A stretch of 64,000 bases of DNA from the NCBI GenBank assembly GCA_017964005.1, contig JAGCSR010000054.1, forward strand, positions 172 to 64,171. The letters are read 5' to 3'. The DNA comes from Clostridiales bacterium. GTDB taxonomy: Bacteria; Bacillota; Clostridia; Saccharofermentanales; Saccharofermentanaceae. The notes beneath the pieces were generated by a model, which was not told where the DNA came from, did not search any database, and worked only from the letters and a program-made list of their open reading frames with translations. The translations under genes and the position numbers were made by a program. Shown one piece after another: positions 37,733 to 47,391 of this stretch (the stretch's first letter is position 1; every line of letters starts with the position of its first letter).

Positions 37733-38272
37733 ATGAAGGCTTTGATAATCAACTGCAGTCCGGTCAAGACCGGCGCTACCGCGAAGATCGCCGAGATCGT
37801 AAATGATGAACTTAAAGACAGATACGATACCAAGTGCATCTGTATCGACGATTACGATATCGCTTTCTGCAAAGGGTGCAGGTCGTGCCATAAGACAGCC
37901 CGCTGCGTTATGGAAGATGATACATTGACGGTTATGAATGAATTTGAAGAGGCGGATATCATCATTTGCGTATCGCCTTCTTATTGGGCTGATATCCCGG
38001 GACAGTTCAAATCCTTTATCGACAGATGCACTCCCTGGTGCAATACCCATGAGCCTCACGCAAAGATAAAGCCCGGCAAGAAGGGTTACGCTATCGCCTT
38101 GAGGACCGGCCCCGGAATGCCGGAGTGTGAGAGGATCATCGGGAGCATAGAACACTTCTACGGGCATCTCGAGATAGAATGTGCAGGACACTTAGGCCTG
38201 ACATCTGTCGAATACAAAGAAGAGGTGGAACCCAGAAAGCAGGAGATAATCGAGTTCTGCAAGGCTGTCTGA
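37733..38272 (+). CDS. Flavodoxin-like iron-sulfur flavoprotein/NADPH-dependent FMN reductase
   Basis: INCSP, CxxCxxCxxxxxC, SPSYW, KSFIDR. Confidence 0.85.
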   Translation: MKALIINCSPVKTGATAKIAEIVNDELKDRYDTKCICIDDYDIAFCKGCRSCHKTARCVMEDDTLTVMNEFEEADIIICVSPSYWADIPGQFKSFIDRCTPWCNTHEPHAKIKPGKKGYAIALRTGPGMPECERIIGSIEHFYGHLEIECAGHLGLTSVEYKEEVEPRKQEIIEFCKAV

Positions 38273-38344
38273 GGGGAATGCCGTTCCTCTTCCTCTCGAA
38301 AATGATATATAATTGATTTACTATTATTTTACGGGAGGTAAAGC

Positions 38345-40111
38345 ATGAAAGAACGATCATCCGATTATAAGCTCCTTACCGGGCTCTTCTTCAAACTTCT
38401 CCCTTTTCAGATACTGTTAATTGTTATCAACGCTGTCAACGGAATAGTTGACAGTCTGTACGCCAGTAATGTGGTAGGGAAGACCGCCATGAGCGCCATC
38501 GGACTGTTCGGTCCGATGAACCATTTCCTGTACGCTGCGAGCATGATGATAGTATCCGGATCCCAGATCCTCTACGGAAGATATCTTGCAAGAGACAGAA
38601 AACACATCAACAGTGTATTTACCGTTAACATCATCGTCGCGCTGGCGGTTTCCGTTCTTACATCACTGGTAATGGTCGTAGGGTCCTTAACCGGAGGCAC
38701 CCGCATATTCGTATCAACAGAACCTGATCTTACCATGCTGAACAGATATATGATCGGACAGGCTATCGGCGTTCCGGCGCTGGTTCTGGGACAGCAGCTT
38801 TTCGCGTTTCTGTCACTTGAGAACCAGACGAAGCGTACCATGGTCGCCAGCATAACCTGTCTTGTTGTAAACGGCGTGCTCGATCATGTTTTCGTGGCTA
38901 TATTGCCCTGGGACACATTCGGACTGGGACTTTCTTCTTCCATTGCATCCTGGGTATTCCTTGGAGTCATGGCGATGTACTACATCACTGGCAAGAGCGA
39001 GTGGAAGTTCTCCATCAAGGCTTGCCAATGGCATGACGCGCCGGATATAGTCAAGCTCGGTTATGCAGGGGCCCTGTCAAGGTTTGTTGAGATGTTCAGA
39101 TGCATCATTGTTAACTTCCTGGTACTGCAGTTCGTCGGCAGTGTCGGATTGTCGGCTTTCGCGGCATCCAACTCCTTCCTGGCAGTCATATGGTCCGTGC
39201 CGTTCGGCATGATGGCGGTAGCAAGGATGCTGTTCTCCATCAGTATCGGCGAGCAGGACAGAAGGTCTCTGATCGATGTCATGAAGATAGTCTTTACCAA
39301 AGGAATGCTCCTGATGCTCGGTATCGTTGCGCTCCTCATAATCTTTGCCGAACCTCTGACGATGATGTTCTATCAGGATCCCACCCAGCCGGTCTATCAG
39401 ATGACTGTGATGGGATTCAGGATCCTGCCTTTGTGTATGCCGTTGGCAGTTGTAAGCCTTCACTTTGCATGCTACGCACAGACTTCCGAGAAGAAGGTTC
39501 TTTCTCTTGTGCTTCCGATCATCGACGGTGCGGTCGGTGTCGTTGCGTGCAGCTTTATACTTATCCCGCTGATAAAGATGAACGGTCTTTATATATCCAA
39601 CGTTCTTAACGGAGTTATATGCTTTATCGTTGTTGTTATAGCAGCATTGATAAGCACCAAAAAGTTTCCCACATCACTTGAAGGACTTATGGCGATCCCC
39701 AAGACCTTCGGTGCGGGCGAGGAAGACCGTATCGACATTACCGTCAGGAGTATGGATGAAGTAGTCCATGTCTCCGGCAAGATAATCGATTTTTGCCGCA
39801 GCAAGGGCATCGATCCCAAGCGTTCATACTACGCGGGTCTTTGCATGGAAGAGATGGCGGGCAATGTTGTATCCCACGGGTTTACCAAAGACAATAAGAG
39901 TCATTCGATCGATATCCGCGTCATTTATATCGACGAACGTCTGGTATTGAGGATCAGGGATAACTGCAAGTTCTTTGATCCTTCCGAACACGTCAAGAAT
40001 GCCGATGCCGATGACGTCAGCAACATCGGGATAAAGCTCGTCTACAAGATCGCGGATGAAGTGGATTATCAGAATCTTCTGGGGATGAATGTTCTTACGA
40101 TCAAGATGTAA
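38345..40111 (+). CDS. MATE family transporter fused to RsbW-like HATPase domain
   Basis: MATE-type TM pattern; C-terminal CMEEMAGNVVSHG, IRDN...FDP, IGIKLV. Confidence 0.8.
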   Translation: MKERSSDYKLLTGLFFKLLPFQILLIVINAVNGIVDSLYASNVVGKTAMSAIGLFGPMNHFLYAASMMIVSGSQILYGRYLARDRKHINSVFTVNIIVALAVSVLTSLVMVVGSLTGGTRIFVSTEPDLTMLNRYMIGQAIGVPALVLGQQLFAFLSLENQTKRTMVASITCLVVNGVLDHVFVAILPWDTFGLGLSSSIASWVFLGVMAMYYITGKSEWKFSIKACQWHDAPDIVKLGYAGALSRFVEMFRCIIVNFLVLQFVGSVGLSAFAASNSFLAVIWSVPFGMMAVARMLFSISIGEQDRRSLIDVMKIVFTKGMLLMLGIVALLIIFAEPLTMMFYQDPTQPVYQMTVMGFRILPLCMPLAVVSLHFACYAQTSEKKVLSLVLPIIDGAVGVVACSFILIPLIKMNGLYISNVLNGVICFIVVVIAALISTKKFPTSLEGLMAIPKTFGAGEEDRIDITVRSMDEVVHVSGKIIDFCRSKGIDPKRSYYAGLCMEEMAGNVVSHGFTKDNKSHSIDIRVIYIDERLVLRIRDNCKFFDPSEHVKNADADDVSNIGIKLVYKIADEVDYQNLLGMNVLTIKM

Positions 40112-40123
40112 AAGGAGATCATT

Positions 40124-40582
40124 ATGAATATTGAATACAGGATCATGAGCATTGAAGATTACGAACAGGCATATGAACTGTTCATTGCCTGCGGCAACGG
40201 CCTGAACGACAAGGACGATTCCCGCGAAGGGATAGATAAATACCTTAAGCGTAATCCTGCGACTTCTTTTGTTGCGACATGCGAAGGCAAGGTAGTAGGT
40301 GTTATAATGTGCGGGCACGACGGCAGGAGAGGGATAATCCAGCATACCTGTGTTGCCCCCGATTACAGGCGTTACGGAGTCGGGTCAAAACTTGTGGAAC
40401 TGGCACTCGCAGCGCTCAAGGAAGAAGGCATCAACAAGGTCCTTCTCGTGGCGTTCAAGAAGAACGAGGGCGGCAACTCTTTCTGGGAGTCTCAGGGATT
40501 CACTTTGAGAGAAGATCTGAATTACAGGAACAAAGCTCTTGCCGAGATGGTCAGGATCGATCCCGACTATGTAAAGGAGTAA
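40124..40582 (+). CDS. GNAT acetyltransferase (YpeA-like)
   Basis: GHDGRRG, VAPDYRRYGVGS, N...FWESQGF. Confidence 0.88.
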   Translation: MNIEYRIMSIEDYEQAYELFIACGNGLNDKDDSREGIDKYLKRNPATSFVATCEGKVVGVIMCGHDGRRGIIQHTCVAPDYRRYGVGSKLVELALAALKEEGINKVLLVAFKKNEGGNSFWESQGFTLREDLNYRNKALAEMVRIDPDYVKE

Positions 40583-40593
40583 CCGACAGGATA

Positions 40594-42516
40594 ATGAGAC
40601 CGATCAATATGGACACCTATAAGAAGATCGACATAAAGATGTTCATAGCAGCGCTTATCCTTATCGCGGTAAGCTTCGCTGTGACCGTTCTCATGTATAC
40701 GAAAACCTTACCTGACAACTTCATTGTATGGTTTACATACCCTGCTTCCGTTATCTGTCTTCTGGTCTCTTGCCGAAAATATATCACTTTCAAATTCAGT
40801 GATATCAAGACACACAAAGGAATATTGATCGGATCTGCAGCCGTTACGCTCATATATTTCCTGTTCCATCTTTATAAGTGCGACACCGCTCCCTGGAACA
40901 ACTTCGGTCTGTTCGATGATGCTGCCTGGGATATCTTTGATGCGAGGCTCAAGTGTTTTAACGGAAAGAACTTTGAGATCATCTTTTTCGACAGCAGGAT
41001 AGGCGGGATAAGCCGTGAGCTGGTTTTCCATTATTACATCACATTTTTCTTCCGTCTGTTCGGATTTAATCTTGCAGTATTTAACGCTGCCCTTAATATC
41101 CTCGGCTGGATCACTGTCCTCTTTACATTCCTGTCGGTAAAGGAGATGACTGACAACATCTATATCGCGATATGTACCTCGGTGACACTGACAGTATTCC
41201 CGCTGCATTATACTCAGGTATATATGGGTCACAGATATGCGATCTGCGCGCCTCTGATGATGATCGCACTGTATTTTATCGTCCGGGCGGTAAAACGCGG
41301 ATCGCTCCCGTCAGCTGCTGCAGGCGGTGTGTTCGCGGGACTAACTATGGCCAGTTCGATCATGGGCAAACAGTTTATATGGGGGCTCTTATTCTGCTGC
41401 GCAGTGTACGGGCTGTTTTTCCTGATAGTAAACCGGTCAAAACTGGCAGATCATCTGTCGGTGGCGCTTATGGGACTTGCAGGATATGCTGCGGGTGCCG
41501 CGCCTTTATATGCTTACATAGTAACCCACAGGGAACAGTACAACATAAGACAGGAAAGCATGACTAAGGATTTCTTTCTGAGGATCAAAGAGAACGGAAT
41601 GGAACCTGTGATCGAGAACCTGAAAGCTTTGTCGGAAGTGCTGTTCGGCAAGGAATCGGGATTGCGGCAGTTCTCTCCCGGATACCCGGTATTCCCCTGG
41701 TTCTATATCGTATGTTTTGTTCTCGGAGTAGTCTTCCTTCTCATGCATAAGAAGATCGCTTCCATCGTGTTCGCGATGATACCGATAGCAGGATGCGTCA
41801 TTGCGCTCGCATATGATTTCAGGATCCTGATCTCCGCACCGTTTATATGCTTCATTATCGTGTACGGTATATTTGGTGTGGCAGAACTTATAATGAAGTT
41901 TGCCAAGGCAAAGAAGTTATACGGTTACATCGGCGCCGCTGCCGTTACGGTGATACTGATGTTCCCGCAGATAAGCTATATCACCGGACTTGCGGATGAT
42001 CCGAATTCCCTCATGCACCTGCCCCATCATTCGGTTGCCATATCCCGTTACATGCAGGACCTGGCGATCGGAGCGGAAGTTCCGAGCATAGAGATGAAGA
42101 AGGAAGAGTTCAATCTCGGCAATACCAACGACAAATATGATCTTTATATCGCGATCAAGGGAACATACGGACATCTTCACGCGTTCCTCGGAGAGGAGTC
42201 CTCAAGAGAGATCTTAAAGCTCACGGGTGACTTCCCCTATGTCGGCCAGACCGATGAAGACATCAGGCGCAATGTGTACGGTACGATCCAAGGGTATGAA
42301 CCCGGTGACAAAGATCTCATGCTGGCGTTCGAATACAGCGACCGGGTCGAGCAGATAATATCTGAACTTGAAGGGACCGGAGTAGCCGAAGTGAAGCATG
42401 ATTCCCGTGATATCGACGGGCGCGAAGTTAGTGTCTGCACTGTTTACATCACTAAGGACAACATACAGCGCTTCAAAGATTTGACAGCGCAGTACAGTTT
42501 TACTGAAGATTACTGA
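40594..42516 (+). CDS. Multi-pass membrane protein, probable GT-C (ArnT/PMT-like) glycosyltransferase
   Basis: Loop acidic pair (FDDAAW), FRLFG, many TMs, soluble C-terminus; start trimmed to 40594. Confidence 0.55.
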   Translation: MRPINMDTYKKIDIKMFIAALILIAVSFAVTVLMYTKTLPDNFIVWFTYPASVICLLVSCRKYITFKFSDIKTHKGILIGSAAVTLIYFLFHLYKCDTAPWNNFGLFDDAAWDIFDARLKCFNGKNFEIIFFDSRIGGISRELVFHYYITFFFRLFGFNLAVFNAALNILGWITVLFTFLSVKEMTDNIYIAICTSVTLTVFPLHYTQVYMGHRYAICAPLMMIALYFIVRAVKRGSLPSAAAGGVFAGLTMASSIMGKQFIWGLLFCCAVYGLFFLIVNRSKLADHLSVALMGLAGYAAGAAPLYAYIVTHREQYNIRQESMTKDFFLRIKENGMEPVIENLKALSEVLFGKESGLRQFSPGYPVFPWFYIVCFVLGVVFLLMHKKIASIVFAMIPIAGCVIALAYDFRILISAPFICFIIVYGIFGVAELIMKFAKAKKLYGYIGAAAVTVILMFPQISYITGLADDPNSLMHLPHHSVAISRYMQDLAIGAEVPSIEMKKEEFNLGNTNDKYDLYIAIKGTYGHLHAFLGEESSREILKLTGDFPYVGQTDEDIRRNVYGTIQGYEPGDKDLMLAFEYSDRVEQIISELEGTGVAEVKHDSRDIDGREVSVCTVYITKDNIQRFKDLTAQYSFTEDY

Positions 42517-43189
42517 TCTTGCTTACGATAACAGATCCGTCATCCCCGGACAGTCCGATTGTGAAGGCCTTTGCTGATCCGTCGGTATCCTTGTACATGA
42601 ACCCGACATTCGGAATGTCTCCTGCAAAAGTCACATCCGCGATAAGAGGTCTTGAAGGAGTAAGTTTATCCATAGTATGTACGGCTTTGCATTTGAATAT
42701 CGGATTGCCGGCTGTATCAATATCCGCGATCTCCAGTTCCAGGATCTGGAAATCGGATATCTCTATATCAGTCTTAAAGCCCAGCGTAAAGACCGTATTC
42801 TTGTCTGAGACATCAACATAGTCGGCTGAATCCTTATCGAGTCCGAGGTTCTCCGCGGTATCAACGGTGATGTTTGCGGGAGCATAGTCGGGAACGGTGT
42901 CTTCTGTTCCGGAAGTCTCTTCCGTACCGGTTGTATCGGAGGTCTCATCAGGACCGTTGCCGGAAGGAGCTTCGGTTGTAGTCTCGGAGGAGCTTTCCGT
43001 TGTCGCTCCGGTTGTGGATTCCGTCGTCTCTTCGGGGTCGGTAGCGGACTCTGTTGTCTCTTCGGCAGTGCTTTCGATCGAAGAGGTTGTTGTCGTATCG
43101 GTTGTTACCGCGGGTGCTGCAGTGCTGCATGCTCCCAAAGCCAGAGCGATCGCAGAGCAGACAGATAATATCAGTATGTTTCTTTTCAT
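42500..43189 (-). CDS. Thr/Glu-rich lipoprotein
   Basis: Lipobox LGAC, low-complexity linker, small C-terminal domain. Confidence 0.7.
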   Translation of the reverse strand: MKRNILILSVCSAIALALGACSTAAPAVTTDTTTTSSIESTAEETTESATDPEETTESTTGATTESSSETTTEAPSGNGPDETSDTTGTEETSGTEDTVPDYAPANITVDTAENLGLDKDSADYVDVSDKNTVFTLGFKTDIEISDFQILELEIADIDTAGNPIFKCKAVHTMDKLTPSRPLIADVTFAGDIPNVGFMYKDTDGSAKAFTIGLSGDDGSVIVSKISNLQ

Positions 43190-43315
43190 AGTAATTATTC
43201 CTTTGCTTGATACTTTTGTTATCGGAAAGTAAGTTTATCACTCTTGTCTTGTATGCTCAATAGTATTAATAGTATAATCAACGGCGTTGAATCAATTCGG
43301 ATGAGAGGTCTTAAT

Positions 43316-44425
43316 ATGCATCTGGCAAATATCTTTTATATCCTTTTCGCGGCATTGATCATCTGGGGAATGAAGCCGCAGAAACCGGGGCAATGGAACG
43401 ACGAAGTAATGTCATTTGACCATACTAAGGCTTTCCTGGGTTTTTCTTCCGTCGGCATTATCCTGCATCACTGTGCCGAGGCAACCTGTGCGGAATGGCT
43501 CCCCCGCAATAAGATCGTTCCGGGAATGGAAGGATTCGTTTGTATCGGATATCTGTTCGTTGCAGCATTCTTCTTCTGCTCCGGATATGGAATGTACAAG
43601 GCAGGCAAGAAGGAGGATTTCGCAAAGAAGTTCTTCCCCAAGAGGATCGTTCCGATCCTTATACCTACTGCTGCCACCTGGGCCGTATTCGTGATATTAA
43701 GAGCCATAAGGAAGATGCCTTTCAAAGGAGATCCGGTGATGTGGCATCCCCACATCTGGTTCGTTCCCGTATTGATAGTCCTCTATATTGCTTTCTTCAT
43801 AGGATTCGGTCTGATCAAGAAAGATATTGCCGGCATCCTCATCGTGGGAACGGTTACTGCCGGACTCACGGTATTCCTGATCAAGAGAGGTTTCGGAAGC
43901 TGGTGGTACAACACAAATCACCTGTTCTTTATCGGTATCCTTATGTCCAAGTTCGAGAAGCCCTTAATGAAGGTCTTCAAGAAACTGTATGTACTGTTCC
44001 TGATCCTTGCGGCAGCTCTTACCGTTGTGGGATTTGCGGCAGGCAATTACTGGGCACAGGTGTGTAAGCTCATCCATTACAGGTATGATTACGGGAAGTC
44101 TTACAATTTCTGCGTTGCGGCTCAGATGGTCTCTGCCGTGACATTCGCATGGCTTATCCTTCTTATCGGAATGAAGATCAAGATCGGCAATCCCGCATTG
44201 AGATTCTTAGGCAGGATGACATTGGATCTTTACATGATACAGGCGATCTTCGTGTACCTGTTTGACTTCTACTTCATCGAATACAATGTTAAGCCCTTCT
44301 TCTACATTAAGGATGTAACCTTGTTTACGGTGGTGGTCCTTGCAACATCCATAGTTACGGCATTTCTGTTCCATCTGGCGACGAAGCCTCTTGTGAATAA
44401 GCTTCGGGGTGTAAAGAAGACCTGA
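43316..44425 (+). CDS. Acyltransferase family 3 membrane protein
   Basis: ILHH, FFFCSGYG, HIWFV, LYMIQ; multi-TM. Confidence 0.8.
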   Translation: MHLANIFYILFAALIIWGMKPQKPGQWNDEVMSFDHTKAFLGFSSVGIILHHCAEATCAEWLPRNKIVPGMEGFVCIGYLFVAAFFFCSGYGMYKAGKKEDFAKKFFPKRIVPILIPTAATWAVFVILRAIRKMPFKGDPVMWHPHIWFVPVLIVLYIAFFIGFGLIKKDIAGILIVGTVTAGLTVFLIKRGFGSWWYNTNHLFFIGILMSKFEKPLMKVFKKLYVLFLILAAALTVVGFAAGNYWAQVCKLIHYRYDYGKSYNFCVAAQMVSAVTFAWLILLIGMKIKIGNPALRFLGRMTLDLYMIQAIFVYLFDFYFIEYNVKPFFYIKDVTLFTVVVLATSIVTAFLFHLATKPLVNKLRGVKKT

Positions 44426-44499
44426 CATGTTCAAGTTGCCGATTCAAGTCCTTATCGAAAAGTTGTATAATGTTCCCATAGATCTAACCGAAGGAGGGT

Positions 44500-45057
44500 T
44501 TGTCCATGGGAATGTTCGATAAGTTATTCGGAGATGCGGTCAAGGCCATCAACAACGCGGCCGAAGAGATCGCGGCAGATGCTGCCAAAGACGCGATAAA
44601 GAAGGAATTCTCACAGGAGATCAATGCCGTCGAGAAAGCTGCAGAACAGGCTGCCGCAAGTCAGCAGCAGGGACAGATGCAGTCAGTGCTTACCGAAGAA
44701 CCGTCATGCTCCGGATTCTCCTGGGGTGACGATATGCCGGCAGAAGAGAACCAGTATAATTTCGGAGGGAATTACAGGGAATATTTCGAGAAGATCTTCG
44801 CGGAAGATTTCCCGGATCTGGCAGCAGCCAAAGAGATCCCCGCCAAGTTCCCCAACAGGACGATCTACCGTCTGTCTTCCGGCGGCGCGGTTGCACTGGT
44901 AGTCGAACTTCTTCCGGATACATCTTCCACCAAGAAGCTCCGCCGCGAATGTGAAGCATCGGGAACGCCTTATGTCCGTTTCTACTACGATCACGACGGA
45001 TGGTGGAATACCAGAGCATATGTCAAGGACAGGATATCCAAGGCCCTTGGCAGATAA
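44500..45057 (+). CDS. Hypothetical protein
   Basis: GGAGG RBS, TATAAT upstream; Ala/Gln-rich N-terminus, globular C-terminus. Confidence 0.65.
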   Translation: MSMGMFDKLFGDAVKAINNAAEEIAADAAKDAIKKEFSQEINAVEKAAEQAAASQQQGQMQSVLTEEPSCSGFSWGDDMPAEENQYNFGGNYREYFEKIFAEDFPDLAAAKEIPAKFPNRTIYRLSSGGAVALVVELLPDTSSTKKLRRECEASGTPYVRFYYDHDGWWNTRAYVKDRISKALGR

Positions 45058-45061
45058 ACCT

Positions 45062-45254
45062 GAAGGAAACGCATAAGAGAACGCTTTGCGCCTGCGGAGG
45101 GCAAGGCACGCGGCAACCGATATGGCTTTGCAGGCAGCCGCTGCGTGTACGGTCCGGTTAATTCGGTAATTTACCGAATTTAATACCTTCTCTGTGCTGT
45201 TCCATATCGACTGTCTGATAAGTGGAGTGTTTCACTTTTGGGCAGTCATTTTTT
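45062..45254 (+). ncRNA. Putative structured ncRNA upstream of reverse transcriptase
   Basis: Several helices with G-U pairs favouring the + strand (45083-45107; 45118-45125/45202-45209; 45160-45180; 45209-45247 + U-run); no ORF. Confidence 0.5.
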
Positions 45255-45297
45255 ATAATGTATCCGAAGATCAGAGGGGTATCATAAAGGAGAGATA

Positions 45298-46530
45298 ATG
45301 TCATCGCTGCTGTCTGAATTGGCAAGACCTGATGTGTGGGAGAAGTTCTACGGGCACAAAGACTCGGGGATCACCGCTCCTTCGGCTTTGCGCGAGCTTC
45401 GGCAATTCATAGATGGCCGTGAATATATGGAAGTGTGCCGTGAGATAGCAGATGCTCTCGACGGAACGTCTCCTTTTCCGTTGCCCAGACGCGCGGTCAT
45501 CAGCAAGATGAGTACGCAGAAGAAGCGCACGGTATATATCTATCCGAGACGCGAGACTGTTACCCTGAAGCTTCTGACATATCTGATCTTGAGAAAGTAC
45601 GATCATATCTTTGCGGATAACCTCTATTCTTTCAGGCCCGCCAGATCTGCACATGACGCGGTCGGCAAGATTGTAAGTCATATATCAAAGATTGACGGAA
45701 GATTCTATTCCTACAAAGTGGATGTCAGCAATTACTTTAACTCGATAGATACAGAGCTGCTCCTGCCGGAACTGGAGGATATCCTCTCAGACGATCCGCA
45801 TCTTCTCGATTTTTTGAGCCTGCTCCTTAGCGAGACACATGTTATCTCGGACGGAGAGAAGATAGAAGAAGCCAAAGGCATAATGGCGGGAACCCCGATC
45901 GCGTGTTTCTATGCCAACATATTTCTCAAAGACCTTGACTTCCATTTCGCCCGGGAAGGGATACCTTATGCCAGATATTCCGACGACATTGTCGTTCTGG
46001 CTAAGACCCCGGAAGAACTTGAAGGATATGAGACCTATATCAAGGATTACCTTAAGTTCCGAGGACTTACCGTTAACCCTGACAAAGAGGTGAGGACAGA
46101 ACCCGGGGAAGCTCTGACATTCCTGGGATTTGCCATGGACGGGAATACTGTAGATATCGCGCCTGCCACCGTTACAAAACTCAAGGGCAAGATGCGCCGC
46201 AAGGCGAGAGCACTGGTAAGGTGGGCTGCCCGCAATGAGGTAGAACCTGCCAATGCCGCCAAAGCGTTCATCCGTATATTCAACCGCAAGCTCCTGGATA
46301 TCTCGGACGATCACGATCTTACATGGAGCAGGTGGTTCTTCTCCGTCATCAATACCGACAGGAGCCTTCATGTGATCGATCAGTACGCGCAGGATACCAT
46401 CCGATACATCGCGAGCAACACAAGAAAAAAGTCGCGGTATAATATCCGTTACGAAGATCTTAAGAACTGGGGCTACCGGAGCCTCGTAAATGAATACTAT
46501 AATTTCGGCAAGGACGGCAAAGACATATGA
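45298..46530 (+). CDS. Stand-alone reverse transcriptase (group II-like/unclassified)
   Basis: KKRTV, YSFRP, KVDVSNYFNSI, GIMAGTP...ANIFL, YARYSDD, GLTVNPDK, FLGF; AAGGAG RBS. Confidence 0.93.
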   Translation: MSSLLSELARPDVWEKFYGHKDSGITAPSALRELRQFIDGREYMEVCREIADALDGTSPFPLPRRAVISKMSTQKKRTVYIYPRRETVTLKLLTYLILRKYDHIFADNLYSFRPARSAHDAVGKIVSHISKIDGRFYSYKVDVSNYFNSIDTELLLPELEDILSDDPHLLDFLSLLLSETHVISDGEKIEEAKGIMAGTPIACFYANIFLKDLDFHFAREGIPYARYSDDIVVLAKTPEELEGYETYIKDYLKFRGLTVNPDKEVRTEPGEALTFLGFAMDGNTVDIAPATVTKLKGKMRRKARALVRWAARNEVEPANAAKAFIRIFNRKLLDISDDHDLTWSRWFFSVINTDRSLHVIDQYAQDTIRYIASNTRKKSRYNIRYEDLKNWGYRSLVNEYYNFGKDGKDI

Positions 46531-47378
46531 GTTACGGACACGGCATAACACCCTGCGGCACACAGACGGTCAACACACCGAGGCTGATACTTCGGAAGTT
46601 TACATATGATGACGCAGGATCGATGCTAAGGAACTGGGCATCAGACGAAGAAGTCCAGGACATGTACGGTGAGCCTGCGTACAAGACTGCCGAAGCTGTC
46701 AGGGAACTTCTTGATAAGTACATCTCCCGTTATGATAACGACAATGCTTTGAGGTGGGCCGTTATCGAGAAAGAGTCCGGTGAGTGTATCGGTCAGATCG
46801 CGTATTTTCTCGTGGATGAGAACAACCACTTCGCCGAGATCGAATACTGCATAGGCAAAGCTTTTCAGGGCAAAGGATACGCAACTGAAGCCACACATGC
46901 CATCATAGGATACGGCTTCGATGAAGTGCATCTTCATAAAGTCCAGATCTGCGTAAGACCTTCCAATCTTCCTTCACGCAAGGTCATAGACAAATGCGGG
47001 TTCACATATAACGGAACGCTTCCGGATTATTTCTTCAGGGACGGAGGGTATGAGGACCGCATGTTTTTCTCGATCACAGAAGATGAGTATGCTTTGCAAA
47101 AGCAATCGGATGATGAGACAGTTGCGCGCATAAAGGAAATGGAATATATCTTCGACCGCGCATCGAAGAAGATCGTCTCTTTGGATGACGCGATCGAAGA
47201 TATGAGATCTGATATAAACAAACTTGAATCCTACTACACGAGCGATCTTTGGAAGGAAGACTTTGCCAAAGACGAGGCGGGAGACCTGCCGCCGGATCTT
47301 AAGCGCGGCGTTCTGTCCGAAGACGGGATCTTTAACCTGATCGAAAGTTACAAAGAGCTGTTTTCCGGTAAGCCGTAA
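46527..47378 (+). CDS. RimJ/RimL-type GNAT acetyltransferase fused to DUF4298-like domain
   Basis: TPRLILR, QGKGYATEA, N.PS..V..KCGF; C-terminal YYTSDLWKEDF..DE.G...KRGVLSEDG. Confidence 0.8.
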   Translation: MSYGHGITPCGTQTVNTPRLILRKFTYDDAGSMLRNWASDEEVQDMYGEPAYKTAEAVRELLDKYISRYDNDNALRWAVIEKESGECIGQIAYFLVDENNHFAEIEYCIGKAFQGKGYATEATHAIIGYGFDEVHLHKVQICVRPSNLPSRKVIDKCGFTYNGTLPDYFFRDGGYEDRMFFSITEDEYALQKQSDDETVARIKEMEYIFDRASKKIVSLDDAIEDMRSDINKLESYYTSDLWKEDFAKDEAGDLPPDLKRGVLSEDGIFNLIESYKELFSGKP

Positions 47379-47391
47379 CTTAATGTAAGGA

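Noticed and set aside
40279-40593. N-terminal extension of the 745-aa membrane ORF
   Set aside because: Overlaps the GNAT gene in another frame; start placed at 40594
45298-46530. RT as group II intron, retron, DGR or CRISPR RT
   Set aside because: No domain V/VI after the ORF and too little upstream RNA for an intron; no NAxxH/VTG; no TR/VR or Avd seen; no cas1 or array
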